A stretch of DNA of 64,000 nt, taken from the NCBI GenBank assembly GCA_963717145.1, contig OY970325.1, positions 672,001 to 736,000 of the forward strand, read 5' to 3'. The position numbers and the translations under genes are program-made. Positions 1-9,155 of the stretch are shown here, in pieces. This stretch comes from an uncultured Armatimonadetes bacterium (GTDB lineage Bacteria > Armatimonadota > UBA5829 > DTJY01). Position 1 is the stretch's first letter; each line of letters begins with the position of its first letter. A model generated the notes under the pieces. It saw nothing but the letters and a program-made list of their open reading frames with translations, searched no databases and was not told the origin of the DNA.

Positions 1-1845
1 TATCTCGCCGCGAACATCGGACGGCTCTCCAAGGAGACGCGCCTCTTCCGCGACACGTTCTTCGACAGCACGCTCCCATACTGGTTCACGCAGCGGATCG
101 GCGCGCCCGCCAGCACGCTCACCAGCCAGACGATGCTCTGGATCGAGGACGGCACGTTCCACGGCTTCGAGGGATCGGGTCACGGTGGATGCTGCCCGAT
201 GAACTGCACGCACGTCTACGACTACGAGATGGCGCTCGCATATCTCTTCCCCGACCTTGAGCGGAGTATGCGGCACACCGACCTGAAGGTCCAGCAGATG
301 GGCACCGGCGCGGTCCACCATCGAACCGTCCTCCCGCTCAACCTTCCCCGCGGCTCAGGGCCGTTCGTCGATGGGCAGCTCGGCACGATCCTCAAGAGCT
401 ACCGGGAGTACCGCATGTCCGCCGACCGGAAGTGGTTCGACGAGTTTTGGCCGAACATCAAGTTAGGGATGGATTTTGTCATCCGCGACTGGGATCCGAA
501 TGCGGACGGCGTGCTGGTGAACGAGCAATGGAACACCTACGACGCGGCGATGTACGGCCCGAACACGTTCATCGGCACGATGTACCTCGGCGCGCTTCGT
601 GCGTCGGAGGAGATGGCGAGAGTTGCCGGGGACGCCAGTTCCGCGACCCGATATCGCTCGATCTTCGAGACCGGCAGCAAGCGGCTCGACTCGGTGCTCT
701 GGAACGGCGAGTACTACATCCACATCGACACGAAGCCCACCGTTAAGGGGCTGGAGTCCAACTCCAGCCCCAACAGCAAGATAGCGTTGGGGTCGGAGTT
801 GGACTCCGACCCCTTGACGATGTGTGCAGCCGCGCCGGAGTTGGTCTCCTGTGCCAACTCTCAGTCCGCGGCCGGGTTGGGCGCGTGCTGCAGCGCGCCC
901 ACTGCTTCAGCGGTGCAGTTGATCGCCAACGCCGCCAGTAAGGCAGCGTCGGGGTCGGAGTTGCACTCCGACCCCGCCACCGAGGCGTGGATCGCCGAGG
1001 ACTGGCCGAAGGAGAATCCCGGCGCGAACCGACCCTACGGCATCGGCTGCCACTCCGACCAGCTCCTCGGCCAATGGTGGGCGAGCATCCTCGACCTCGG
1101 ATACCTCCTCCCGCAGGACCGCGTGCGGACGACGCTCGACTCGATCATGAAGTACAACTGGCGCTGGGACTTTGCGGACGTGCCCCAGCAGCGCATCTTC
1201 GCCCTGAAGAATGACAAGGGCCTGCTCAACTGCACGTGGCCCAGGGGTGGTCGGCCCGCGCAGATGACTCTCTACTCCGACGAGGCGTGGACCGGCATCG
1301 AGTATGAGGTCGCCGGCCTGCTGCTCTACGAGGGCAAGGTCACAGACGCGTACATGGTGGCCCGCGCGATCACCGACCGGTACAACGGCGTGCCGAATCC
1401 GCCGTTCAAGCGCAACCCGTGGAACGAGATCGAGTGCGGCGAGCACTATGCCCGCGCGATGAGCAGTTGGTCGATGTTGACCGGCGCACAGGGGTTCACC
1501 TATTGCGGCCCGGACGGCGCGATCGGCTTCGACCCTCGCATCAGCCCGGAGAACCACCGCTCGTTCTTCAGCGCGTCCGAGGGGTGGGGGACATTCGCAC
1601 AGAAGCGCACCGCCAGAGGCCAGACGGACACTCTCGAACTTGCTTACGGCAGGCTGACCCTGAACACTCTCGCATTCACCCTCAACCTGGCTGAGGCGCC
1701 CGCGAAGTGGCAGTACAGCGTGAAGATCGGCAGCCGGAGCGTCGGCAGCACCTGCAGACTGATCGACGGCAGGATGACGATCACCCTGAAGCAGCCCGTC
1801 TACCTCGGCGCCGGGCAGAAGCTCACGGTCGAGACGAAGTGGTAG
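1..1845 (+). CDS. GH116 (GBA2-like) glycoside hydrolase, 5'-truncated by the window; carries an in-frame palindromic insert at ~741-975
   Basis: Frame open from base 1 (YLAANIGRL...DSTLPYW); motifs GFEG, NCTHV, DGQLG, NTYD, LWNGEYY, SDQLLGQW, WTGIEY, NPWNEIECGEHYARAMSSW. Confidence 0.9.
   Translation, partial: YLAANIGRLSKETRLFRDTFFDSTLPYWFTQRIGAPASTLTSQTMLWIEDGTFHGFEGSGHGGCCPMNCTHVYDYEMALAYLFPDLERSMRHTDLKVQQMGTGAVHHRTVLPLNLPRGSGPFVDGQLGTILKSYREYRMSADRKWFDEFWPNIKLGMDFVIRDWDPNADGVLVNEQWNTYDAAMYGPNTFIGTMYLGALRASEEMARVAGDASSATRYRSIFETGSKRLDSVLWNGEYYIHIDTKPTVKGLESNSSPNSKIALGSELDSDPLTMCAAAPELVSCANSQSAAGLGACCSAPTASAVQLIANAASKAASGSELHSDPATEAWIAEDWPKENPGANRPYGIGCHSDQLLGQWWASILDLGYLLPQDRVRTTLDSIMKYNWRWDFADVPQQRIFALKNDKGLLNCTWPRGGRPAQMTLYSDEAWTGIEYEVAGLLLYEGKVTDAYMVARAITDRYNGVPNPPFKRNPWNEIECGEHYARAMSSWSMLTGAQGFTYCGPDGAIGFDPRISPENHRSFFSASEGWGTFAQKRTARGQTDTLELAYGRLTLNTLAFTLNLAEAPAKWQYSVKIGSRSVGSTCRLIDGRMTITLKQPVYLGAGQKLTVETKW
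741..975. repeat. Intragenic cluster of GGGG(TC/CT)GGAGT-nnn-ACTCC(GA/AG)CCCC hairpins (REP-like)
   Basis: Three hairpins at 747-771, 789-813 and 951-975; the first two also form a larger inverted pair (741-774 / 786-819). Confidence 0.85.
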
Positions 1846-1914
1846 GGGATGGAGTGCGGCGGCTCGACCCGCTCTTCCCCCGGGCAGGCGTTTTGCACCA
1901 GAGGAGAAACACCA

Positions 1915-2361
1915 ATGGATCATCAGTCGACAGGACGCGTGTGGCCTGTCTCATTGCTCCGGATAGGGATCCTTGCGTCCGGTCTCTGGATACTGCTGCA
2001 TCCCGTACTCTCATTTGCGCTGCCGGAGAAGTACGGATGGTGGCCACTGATCGTGTCCACAGCAGCTGGAATAGAGGTGCTGGTGCTTATACTCATTGGG
2101 CGGCGAAGACTCTGGGCGCAGGGGATGCAGATTGCCATTCCGGAGAGGATTATCGCCGGAGTATTCTTCTGGCTCTGCGCGATTATGATAGTGACGGAAG
2201 CGTACGACGCTGTCATCGTCGGGCCGGAGGCTCGTCGGGTGCAAGACGCGATCTCAGCCATGCAGCACAAGGGGCCGGTCTTGGATCAGCAGCAGAAGCC
2301 GGCTGATTCGAAGGTGGATTGGAGGACAGTGCTTCGGGAGCATGAACCATCCAAGCCCTGA
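1915..2361 (+). CDS. Small hypothetical membrane protein (~3 TM), paralog of 6206-6571
   Basis: GAGGAG RBS before ATG 1915; hydrophobic segments; shares LLRxGI, GWWPL and RRL motifs with 6206-6571. Confidence 0.7.
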   Translation: MDHQSTGRVWPVSLLRIGILASGLWILLHPVLSFALPEKYGWWPLIVSTAAGIEVLVLILIGRRRLWAQGMQIAIPERIIAGVFFWLCAIMIVTEAYDAVIVGPEARRVQDAISAMQHKGPVLDQQQKPADSKVDWRTVLREHEPSKP

Positions 2362-2384
2362 CCAGATCATATGAATAGGTATCT

Positions 2385-3683
2385 CTAGCGGAGAATCATC
2401 CCAGCTAACTCGAGGCGCTGCTGGAGTGTGGGGATGCTGATCGCGCGAGGGGCGACGGATGCCTCGATGCTGAGGGCGGCGGCCTCGCCTGCTGCTTGGC
2501 CCATCACCATGCACTGAGTCATCCAACGCGTCGAGCCCGCCGCCTCGTGGGTCGCGCTGTGACATCGGCCCGCGACGAGGAGGCCGTCCACCGTCTCCGG
2601 CACGAGCGTCCGGTAGGGGATCGAGTAGTGGCCGCCGGCCGGGAAATCGAAGCCCGAGCGCTTGTCCATCCCCGGTCCTTCGGTGTTGTGGATATCGACG
2701 AACGCGCCGCCGAGCCCGATGCTATCCTCGAAGATCGTCTGCGCCCTCAGGTCGTCCTCCGTGAGAACGTATTCGCCGAAGATGCGCCGCGTCTCGCGCA
2801 CGCCGATCTGTGCCGCGGTGTCGATCAGGTAGCTCTTCTCGAAGCCGGGAACGAGCGCCCGCATCGCCCGCACCGCTTCGTGGACCTGCTTGCGACCCTC
2901 GATCGCCGCCCTCGAGAGGTCGAACGCGCTGCTGCCGTCGAGGTGCATGTGCGTGAAGTTGATGCCGACCTGATCGGGGCGCGAGGGAATCCACCAGAAG
3001 CCCATCAGTTGAGACTGCCAGGGCCCCATCAGCCCCGCTTCGACCGCCCGCATGCAGAAATCCTCCAGCTTCGGGTCGTGGTCGTGCATGTATCTCTCGG
3101 TGTAGGGCCAGTATACCCCGCCCACGCGGTACATCAGCGTCACGGGCTGCATGCGGCCATCCCCCGGGCGGCCATGCATCATGCGGCATCCCGCGCGGAA
3201 TGCGACATCGGCGTCGCCGGTGCAGTCGATGACGCGCTTGGCAGTGACGGAGAACGTGCCCGACTTATTGGTGAGGATCAGGCTCGTGACCGCGCCGTCG
3301 GTGAGGGTCGCGTCGGTGACCAGCGTGTAGTAGAGCAGATGGAGCCTGGCCTCCTCAGCCATTCGATCGAGTTGGTATTTGAAGCCTTCGATGTCGACGA
3401 AGAGCCCGCCCGGCCGATAGTCGGCTTCGAAATCCTTGACGGATCGGTCGGCGATCTCCTTCGCGATGCCGCCGACGATTTGAGGCGAGCCGCCTGCGCC
3501 GTTGTAGACGGCGATCTTCTGGTGGAGGCCGATGGTCGACATCCCGCCGAGGCAGTTGAACTGCTCGACCAGAAGTGTCCTCATCCCGGCGCGCGCGGCG
3601 GCGAGCCCGGCGCACACGCCCGCGGGTCCGCCTCCCGCAACGAGGATGTCATATTCGGCGAGATGTTCGACTTGGATGGTCAT
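2385..3683 (-). CDS. FAD-dependent oxidoreductase (FAD_oxidored family)
   Basis: DILVAGGGPAG, IDCTGDAD, VRETRRI, IPYRTLVP, AGRC motifs. Confidence 0.9.
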   Translation of the reverse strand: MTIQVEHLAEYDILVAGGGPAGVCAGLAAARAGMRTLLVEQFNCLGGMSTIGLHQKIAVYNGAGGSPQIVGGIAKEIADRSVKDFEADYRPGGLFVDIEGFKYQLDRMAEEARLHLLYYTLVTDATLTDGAVTSLILTNKSGTFSVTAKRVIDCTGDADVAFRAGCRMMHGRPGDGRMQPVTLMYRVGGVYWPYTERYMHDHDPKLEDFCMRAVEAGLMGPWQSQLMGFWWIPSRPDQVGINFTHMHLDGSSAFDLSRAAIEGRKQVHEAVRAMRALVPGFEKSYLIDTAAQIGVRETRRIFGEYVLTEDDLRAQTIFEDSIGLGGAFVDIHNTEGPGMDKRSGFDFPAGGHYSIPYRTLVPETVDGLLVAGRCHSATHEAAGSTRWMTQCMVMGQAAGEAAALSIEASVAPRAISIPTLQQRLELAGMILR

Positions 3684-3690
3684 GCCTGCC

Positions 3691-3719
3691 ATTTTAGGCC
3701 GATGCGCGCAGCCTGTCAA
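3691..3719 (-). promoter_or_regulatory. Sigma70-type promoter, probably giving a leaderless mRNA
   Basis: TTGACA-17-TAAAAT on minus strand, 7 nt before ATG 3683, no SD. Confidence 0.75.
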
Positions 3720-3731
3720 CACTCGGTCCGA

Positions 3732-3760
3732 TTGACCGAGTGGCGGACGGCTGGTATACT
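3732..3760 (+). promoter_or_regulatory. Sigma70-type promoter, back-to-back with the previous one
   Basis: TTGACC-17-TATACT with a TG extension. Confidence 0.7.
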
Positions 3761-3782
3761 TCCGATAGGGGGGAATGGCACC

Positions 3783-6167
3783 ATGAAGGCACTCATGCTC
3801 GTACTGATCGCGCTCGCACTGTCACCACTCAGCGGCGCGGGGAATATCCTGGTCAACGCCGACTTCGCGAAGGGGATGGAGTCGTGGGAACCGTATGGGA
3901 ACGACAAGGCGATGATCCGCGTCGAGAAGGGCGCGGGACAGGAGGGCGGGACGTGCATCGCGGTGCCGGTCGCCCATGCCAGCATCGCCCAGAACATGGA
4001 CCTCAAGCCGCGCACGTCCTACGAGCTGTCCATCGTCTACCGGCGGTCCGCTCCTTCGACGGGATGCGGATTGGTCTTCTTCTTCAACAAGCCCGGCGGC
4101 ATCAACGCGAGTGCGGGTGTCATCAACATGGAGTATCCCGAGAAGGAAGGGACGCCCGGCAAGTGGGAGGAGTTCCGCGAGATCATCAGCACGCCGGGAG
4201 GAACGCGGCTCGGCAAGGTCGTCCTCAGTGCCCGAGGGACCGGAGAGGTGCTCTTCGCCCGAGTCACGTTGACCGAAGCGCCCGGGAAACTCGCCGATAA
4301 GATCAAGTCCTCCGATTGGAGCGTCCTGTCCCGCACTCGCACGAAGAACCCGATCTACAAGGAGCTTCTCACCGACGAGCCGGGCGGATACCGGATGGTC
4401 GCATGGGGGCACAACCTCAACCGCAAGAATCTCCCGCCGTCGCTCCTCGATAGATACCCGGAGGACAAGTGGCCCGAGGAAGTGGAGAGGATGTACAAGG
4501 AGTCGGGCGCGGTCGGCCTGGGGTACTACAACCTTCCCTGGCAGGGCGACAAGGCGGACGATCTGTATGAGCGTTTCGGGGTGACCTTCGATGTCATGTG
4601 CGAATCGAGCGGTGTCAATGCCGACGCCGTGAAGGCGGGGGGTGAACTGCTCAATCCAATTGCCAGCAGCAAGACTTCCGCCAAGCCGACGGTCTCGCTG
4701 ATCGATCCGATCTACGTCAACACGGCGGTCGATACGCTCAAGACCTTCGGAGAACGCTTCAAGGGGAAGCCGTACGTGTTCGTCTACATCGGCGACGACG
4801 AGCCGAGTATCCCGATGCCGGAGGGGCCGATCGCGACGTGGGGTCCTTTCTGGAAGAAGGCTGCGGATGAGGTCCTGAAGGACTACGGCTTCGGGAAGTA
4901 CGCGATGCCCGCGCGCGACGATCCCGGCTACCAGAATGACGAGAAGAACCGCCCGTTCCGGTGGATCGCCTACAACACCTGGATGGCGGACAAGTACGTG
5001 GCATCCAAGAAGGTCATGTACAACGCCCTGAAGTCCGTCGATCCGAGCGCGCGGTACAATCCCTGCGACTACTGGTTCATGACCGGCTTCACGCCATATG
5101 ATTTCGGCGGGATGGCGGAGTACAGCGACCTCGTGGAGTGCGACCCCTATGCCTCCTCGGCGGAGCGCATCCCCGGCAGAGGGCTCTACAACCACGGCTT
5201 CGGCCCGAAGCTGCTCAGCGATCTTACCGGGAAGCCGGTGCGCTCGATCGTTCAGGCGTTCGACTACGCGGGCTACGAGATGACGCCGGAGGACCTGCGC
5301 GAGTGGGTGAGCCAGAGCATGCGGGCGGGTGCTGATCACATCTCCTACTACCAGATGGACAACCCGCGCTTCAACGACCCCGAGCGCTGGGCCATGATGC
5401 TCCACCTCTCGAAGACGATCACGGCGATGAGCGCCATCAAACGGCCACACGATGCAGATGTGGCGATCTACTACTCCGCTGCGTCCCACCGCGCGGAGGG
5501 CGCCTCTACCAAGGCGAACGAGATCTACACGGCGTACTCCATCCTCGGCGAGCGCGTGGGCTCGTGGTTCGACTTCATCGCCGACGAGTCGCTCGTGATG
5601 GGCGAGAAGCACCTCGACAGGTACAAGGCCGTGTACATTCCGCTGGGAACATACCTGTGGACTGAAGAGGAAGCGGGCTATTTCGAAGCTCGGGTCAGAC
5701 GGGGCGGGACTCTCATCTGCGGCGACCCGACTGCTCTGTCATGGACGGCTGCGGGCAAGGACATCTCATCGTACCGCGAGAGGATCTTCGGCGTGAAGAC
5801 GATCAAGCCGGTGAACCGGACCTCGATGACGATCACCGATACGTGCGGCATCGCGGGGCTCAAGGTCGGGGAGACGCTCCCGATCTACCGCCCGGTCGGC
5901 CGAGAGGGTTGGACCGACGACAACGGCTGGCTGATCGAGACCACCGGCCCGACTGTGAAGGTGATTGCGAAGTTCGACGACGGCAGCCCGGCTATCACGA
6001 TGGCGAAGTACGGGGAGGGCAGGGCGATCTACTTCGCGGCGAACCCGTTCGTTCCCGAGTGCCTCCTCGGCGGCGACCGGTGGGACGGCTTCTTCCGCGC
6101 CCTCCAGCAGCACCTCGGCGCGAAGATCGACCGCCCGATCTGGCACTTCAAGTTCCCCGCACCGTGA
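3783..6167 (+). CDS. Secreted putative glycoside hydrolase: CBM4/9-like N-terminal domain, TIM barrel, GH42-type trimerisation domain
   Basis: Signal peptide MKALMLVLIALAL; NILVNADF; DVAIYYS...DFI...LDRYKAVYIP...GGTLI...YGEGRAIYF. Confidence 0.7.
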   Translation: MKALMLVLIALALSPLSGAGNILVNADFAKGMESWEPYGNDKAMIRVEKGAGQEGGTCIAVPVAHASIAQNMDLKPRTSYELSIVYRRSAPSTGCGLVFFFNKPGGINASAGVINMEYPEKEGTPGKWEEFREIISTPGGTRLGKVVLSARGTGEVLFARVTLTEAPGKLADKIKSSDWSVLSRTRTKNPIYKELLTDEPGGYRMVAWGHNLNRKNLPPSLLDRYPEDKWPEEVERMYKESGAVGLGYYNLPWQGDKADDLYERFGVTFDVMCESSGVNADAVKAGGELLNPIASSKTSAKPTVSLIDPIYVNTAVDTLKTFGERFKGKPYVFVYIGDDEPSIPMPEGPIATWGPFWKKAADEVLKDYGFGKYAMPARDDPGYQNDEKNRPFRWIAYNTWMADKYVASKKVMYNALKSVDPSARYNPCDYWFMTGFTPYDFGGMAEYSDLVECDPYASSAERIPGRGLYNHGFGPKLLSDLTGKPVRSIVQAFDYAGYEMTPEDLREWVSQSMRAGADHISYYQMDNPRFNDPERWAMMLHLSKTITAMSAIKRPHDADVAIYYSAASHRAEGASTKANEIYTAYSILGERVGSWFDFIADESLVMGEKHLDRYKAVYIPLGTYLWTEEEAGYFEARVRRGGTLICGDPTALSWTAAGKDISSYRERIFGVKTIKPVNRTSMTITDTCGIAGLKVGETLPIYRPVGREGWTDDNGWLIETTGPTVKVIAKFDDGSPAITMAKYGEGRAIYFAANPFVPECLLGGDRWDGFFRALQQHLGAKIDRPIWHFKFPAP

Positions 6168-6205
6168 ACGGTCGTCCTGATGCGGGCGCGGCAAGGAGGT
6201 TCGCG

Positions 6206-6571
6206 ATGGATGGGCAGGAAACAGGCCGCAAACAACCTGGGTCATGGGTAAGCACAAACGTGACCCTGCTCAGGGTGGGCATCGTTCTCGCTCTGGCTCA
6301 TATTGGACTGCATGACCTCAAACGTCATTTGGGCCCGCTGCCGCGAGAGTTCGGGTGGTGGCCGCTGGTCTTGGTGACCGTGCTGGGTGTGGCGGCGGTT
6401 TCCCTCATTGTCGTCGGGTGGCGAAGACTGCGGGCACGGGATATCCAGATCAGCCGCATGGAGAAAGCACTTGTGGTGGTCGTGCTTGCGGTCAGCACGA
6501 TGATGGTTGTGGGAGACTTGGCAATGACATTCTGGTGCCGTCATATGCTCAACAAGATGGGACCGCCCTGA
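6206..6571 (+). CDS. Small hypothetical membrane protein, paralog of 1915-2361
   Basis: AAGGAGG RBS; three hydrophobic segments; LPREFGWWPL. Confidence 0.7.
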   Translation: MDGQETGRKQPGSWVSTNVTLLRVGIVLALAHIGLHDLKRHLGPLPREFGWWPLVLVTVLGVAAVSLIVVGWRRLRARDIQISRMEKALVVVVLAVSTMMVVGDLAMTFWCRHMLNKMGPP

Positions 6572-6578
6572 TTCCCGG

Positions 6579-6724
6579 CGACAACGGATGGCTGGTCGAG
6601 ACCGACCGGCCCAGAGTGCCTTCTCGGCGGCGACGAGTGGGACGGCTTCTTCCGCGCGCTCCAGCAGTACCTCGGGGCGAAGGTCGACCGCCCGATCTGG
6701 CACTTCAAGTTCCCCGCACCGTAA
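6579..6724 (+). pseudogene. Diverged, internally deleted duplicate of the 3' end of gene 3783-6167
   Basis: 6611-6724 matches 6054-6167 at 105/114 nt; 6579-6613 matches ~5918-5950. Confidence 0.85.
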
Positions 6725-7400
6725 GAACGCGCGCATCAGGAATGAAGTCGCAGAAGTAGAAGCGTTCGTCTCGCAGGACGACCTCGCCCTTAGTATGGAG
6801 GATCGGCCGGCGGAAGATCGGGCCGTCGTATACAAAGGAGTGGAACTCCCCATTCTCCCCGCACGGATCTGCGGTAGGCGGGAGGTCCCGCAGAAGCTCC
6901 TCGTCGAGCGTCCTGCCGGCGAATGACCCGTCGATCGCCTGGGAGTCCACGCACGAGATGGCGGCCTTGAATCCCAGGCGGATGAACTCCCTCGCGAGTT
7001 CGGTGGTGTCCTTCTTCCAGAGCGGGAAGATGCCCTGCATTCCGACCTTCGCCAGGTTTTCCTCCCGATACTTCCGCAGGTCCTCGAGGAAGATGTCGCC
7101 GAACACCACCGCAGAGACCCCCGACTCGGAGTAGCGGGTCAATACCTCGCGCATCCTGGCCTCATAGTCATCGTTCGAGCAGCCGGGGCTGATGGGTACC
7201 TGCTCCAGCGGGAGGCCGATGGACTCCGCCTGCTCCTCCAGGAGCGCCCGCCGGACGCCGTGCATGCTGATGCGGTCGTACTCCGTCGTCACTGTTGTGA
7301 GGAGGGCTGCTATCTCGATATCCGCGTTCTTCCGAATCTCGTGGAGGGCGAAGGCGCTGTCCTTGCCCCCGCTCCAGGCGAATAAGACCTTTTGGGGCAT
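6705..7400 (-). CDS. Dph6/diphthine-ammonia ligase-related PP-loop ATP pyrophosphatase
   Basis: WSGGKDS, FGDIFLEDL, DPCGENGEFHSFVYDGPIF; upstream TTGACA-17-TAACAT at 7441-7469. Confidence 0.9.
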   Translation of the reverse strand: MPQKVLFAWSGGKDSAFALHEIRKNADIEIAALLTTVTTEYDRISMHGVRRALLEEQAESIGLPLEQVPISPGCSNDDYEARMREVLTRYSESGVSAVVFGDIFLEDLRKYREENLAKVGMQGIFPLWKKDTTELAREFIRLGFKAAISCVDSQAIDGSFAGRTLDEELLRDLPPTADPCGENGEFHSFVYDGPIFRRPILHTKGEVVLRDERFYFCDFIPDARVLTVRGT

Positions 7401-7739
7401 GAGTGTTTCTCCCTGCGTTTTCACGTGGGTGCTTACTGCAATGTTACCGGTGCAAGCGCTCAGTGTCAAGTCCGATGTAGAGTCGTAAGAGTCCATGACA
7501 GCCGGTGGGTTGTTCTATCAACGACCGTGAACTCCTGCGTAGAGTCTGCTGGTTGATCAGCCTGGGTCTTGTCAGCGAATATGAAGGGTAACGAGTCAAT
7601 ACCGGCATCATTGCCGGGTGTGCCTCGCGAGAATGCACGGAACAATGCCTGTGGCAGAACCTGCCTGAAGCGACATCCATCTTGGGCACGTGTAATGCGA
7701 TGGGTGTCTGCCTCATCCAGGAGGGGGTTATCCAAGGTG

Positions 7740-9071
7740 ATGAGTTCTCGTACGGCATTCGTGTTCCTCATCGGCATCTGTGTGCTCGTCATATCCGCCC
7801 TGGTCAGTGGCTGTGGTGGCGGGGGGAGAATCTCCAGCCCGTTGGTGCGGCTTCCCTCCGGTGGTTCCCTTGGCGTGAGGTCCGTCAACCTCAATAACTA
7901 CAACAATTGGAGAGAGCCCAATCCGCGGAGCGCCGACTACGCCGAAAAGGTGCAGTGTCTGGCCAAGCGGGACCGCATCTGCATGACGGAAAGATACAGC
8001 TACGACTCCAAGCTGACTCCCGACAGACTGCGGCAGCTGAACCCTCGCGCCAGGATCTATAGAGTCTTCGACCTCATCTGTAAGAACAACTGGGATTCGG
8101 ATTGGAGAGGGGGCGCTCCGATCGGCGACCAGTTCCTCCAGACACCGATTCCGTACCAGGAGATAGTTGATAACGACTGGTGGCTACGCGACGGAAATGG
8201 CGAGATTGTCAAGGAGAACGAACGCACCTGGTTCCTGGACGTGGGCAAGCCCGGCCTCAAGGAGATGTTGCTGGAGAAGATGCTCTCGAGGCTCGAGGGA
8301 AAAGGCTTCGACGGCGTGGTCTTGGACTATCATGGGGCAGACAAACATCTGTACAACACGTATGCCACCCAGATGGGCCCAGCGCCCGAGGCCTATAGCA
8401 GCGAGGAAGAGTGGTTCGCCAAGGCGGTCAAGCCGATGCTCGAATACGTCATAAACGGCGTGCGCAGTCGAGGTTACGAATTGATAGTCAACTGCGCCGG
8501 CCAGCACTACAATCTGGACCCTCGGGTTCAGTGGTTGCGCGGCCGGATCGACGGGTCGATATATGAGGTGTGGGCGTTGCAAGACGATACCGACTGGATG
8601 GACCCGGACGGCGTCGAGTTGCGAATCAACAGCTTCCTGGACGATCCACTGGAGGCTTGGACGGCCGATTTCGGTTTGCGGGGTCCGGGATGCACCACCG
8701 AACCCGGACCGGATCCTGAGTATAACAGGAAGTTCACGGTTGCTCTGGCGATGTACTACATCTCACTTCCGCAGTCGCCCGCGCTCCGTGCAAAGCGATT
8801 CTATGGGCATTACAAGAACATGCAGGTGGAATGGGAGCCGCTGTGGGATTTCAGCATTGGTGATCCTGCGGAACTGCCCAAGAAGAAGTCGGACAGCTAT
8901 TTCTGGAGCAGGCGATACACTGCGGGACTTGTGCTCCTCAACTATGAAGCCGGTGAGTCCATCACGTTTGCACTCGACCGCAGCTATCGGACCCCGACAG
9001 GACAGGTCGTGTCCGGCAGCGTAACCATAGGCCCTCACTCCGCCATGATCCTGGCAGTGAATGGCGACTAG
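7740..9071 (+). CDS. Putative lipoprotein with TIM-barrel glycoside-hydrolase-like domain (GHL15-like)
   Basis: Lipobox-like VSG-C; WWLRDGNG, GFDGVVLD, WSRRYTAGLVLLN; exact start uncertain. Confidence 0.6.
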   Translation: MSSRTAFVFLIGICVLVISALVSGCGGGGRISSPLVRLPSGGSLGVRSVNLNNYNNWREPNPRSADYAEKVQCLAKRDRICMTERYSYDSKLTPDRLRQLNPRARIYRVFDLICKNNWDSDWRGGAPIGDQFLQTPIPYQEIVDNDWWLRDGNGEIVKENERTWFLDVGKPGLKEMLLEKMLSRLEGKGFDGVVLDYHGADKHLYNTYATQMGPAPEAYSSEEEWFAKAVKPMLEYVINGVRSRGYELIVNCAGQHYNLDPRVQWLRGRIDGSIYEVWALQDDTDWMDPDGVELRINSFLDDPLEAWTADFGLRGPGCTTEPGPDPEYNRKFTVALAMYYISLPQSPALRAKRFYGHYKNMQVEWEPLWDFSIGDPAELPKKKSDSYFWSRRYTAGLVLLNYEAGESITFALDRSYRTPTGQVVSGSVTIGPHSAMILAVNGD

Positions 9072-9155
9072 CCTGGATCATTCATGTCATTCTTCACTTC
9101 TCTCAGAATGACAGAGTGCGTGCATCTTGAGCGCACCATGAATAATCCCGGCCAG
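9068..9155. repeat. MITE-like element filling the gap between convergent genes
   Basis: CTAGCCTGGATCATTCATG ... CATGAATAATCCCGGCCAG imperfect terminal IRs around a TGTCATTCT...AGAATGACA core. Confidence 0.65.

Noticed and set aside
2496-3782. N-terminal 429 aa of the 1223-aa ORF
   Set aside because: Antisense shadow of the FAD oxidoreductase; the real start is 3783 (promoter, signal peptide)
6054-6724. DGR template/variable repeat pair
   Set aside because: Mismatches are not adenine-specific and about half are silent; no reverse transcriptase in the window
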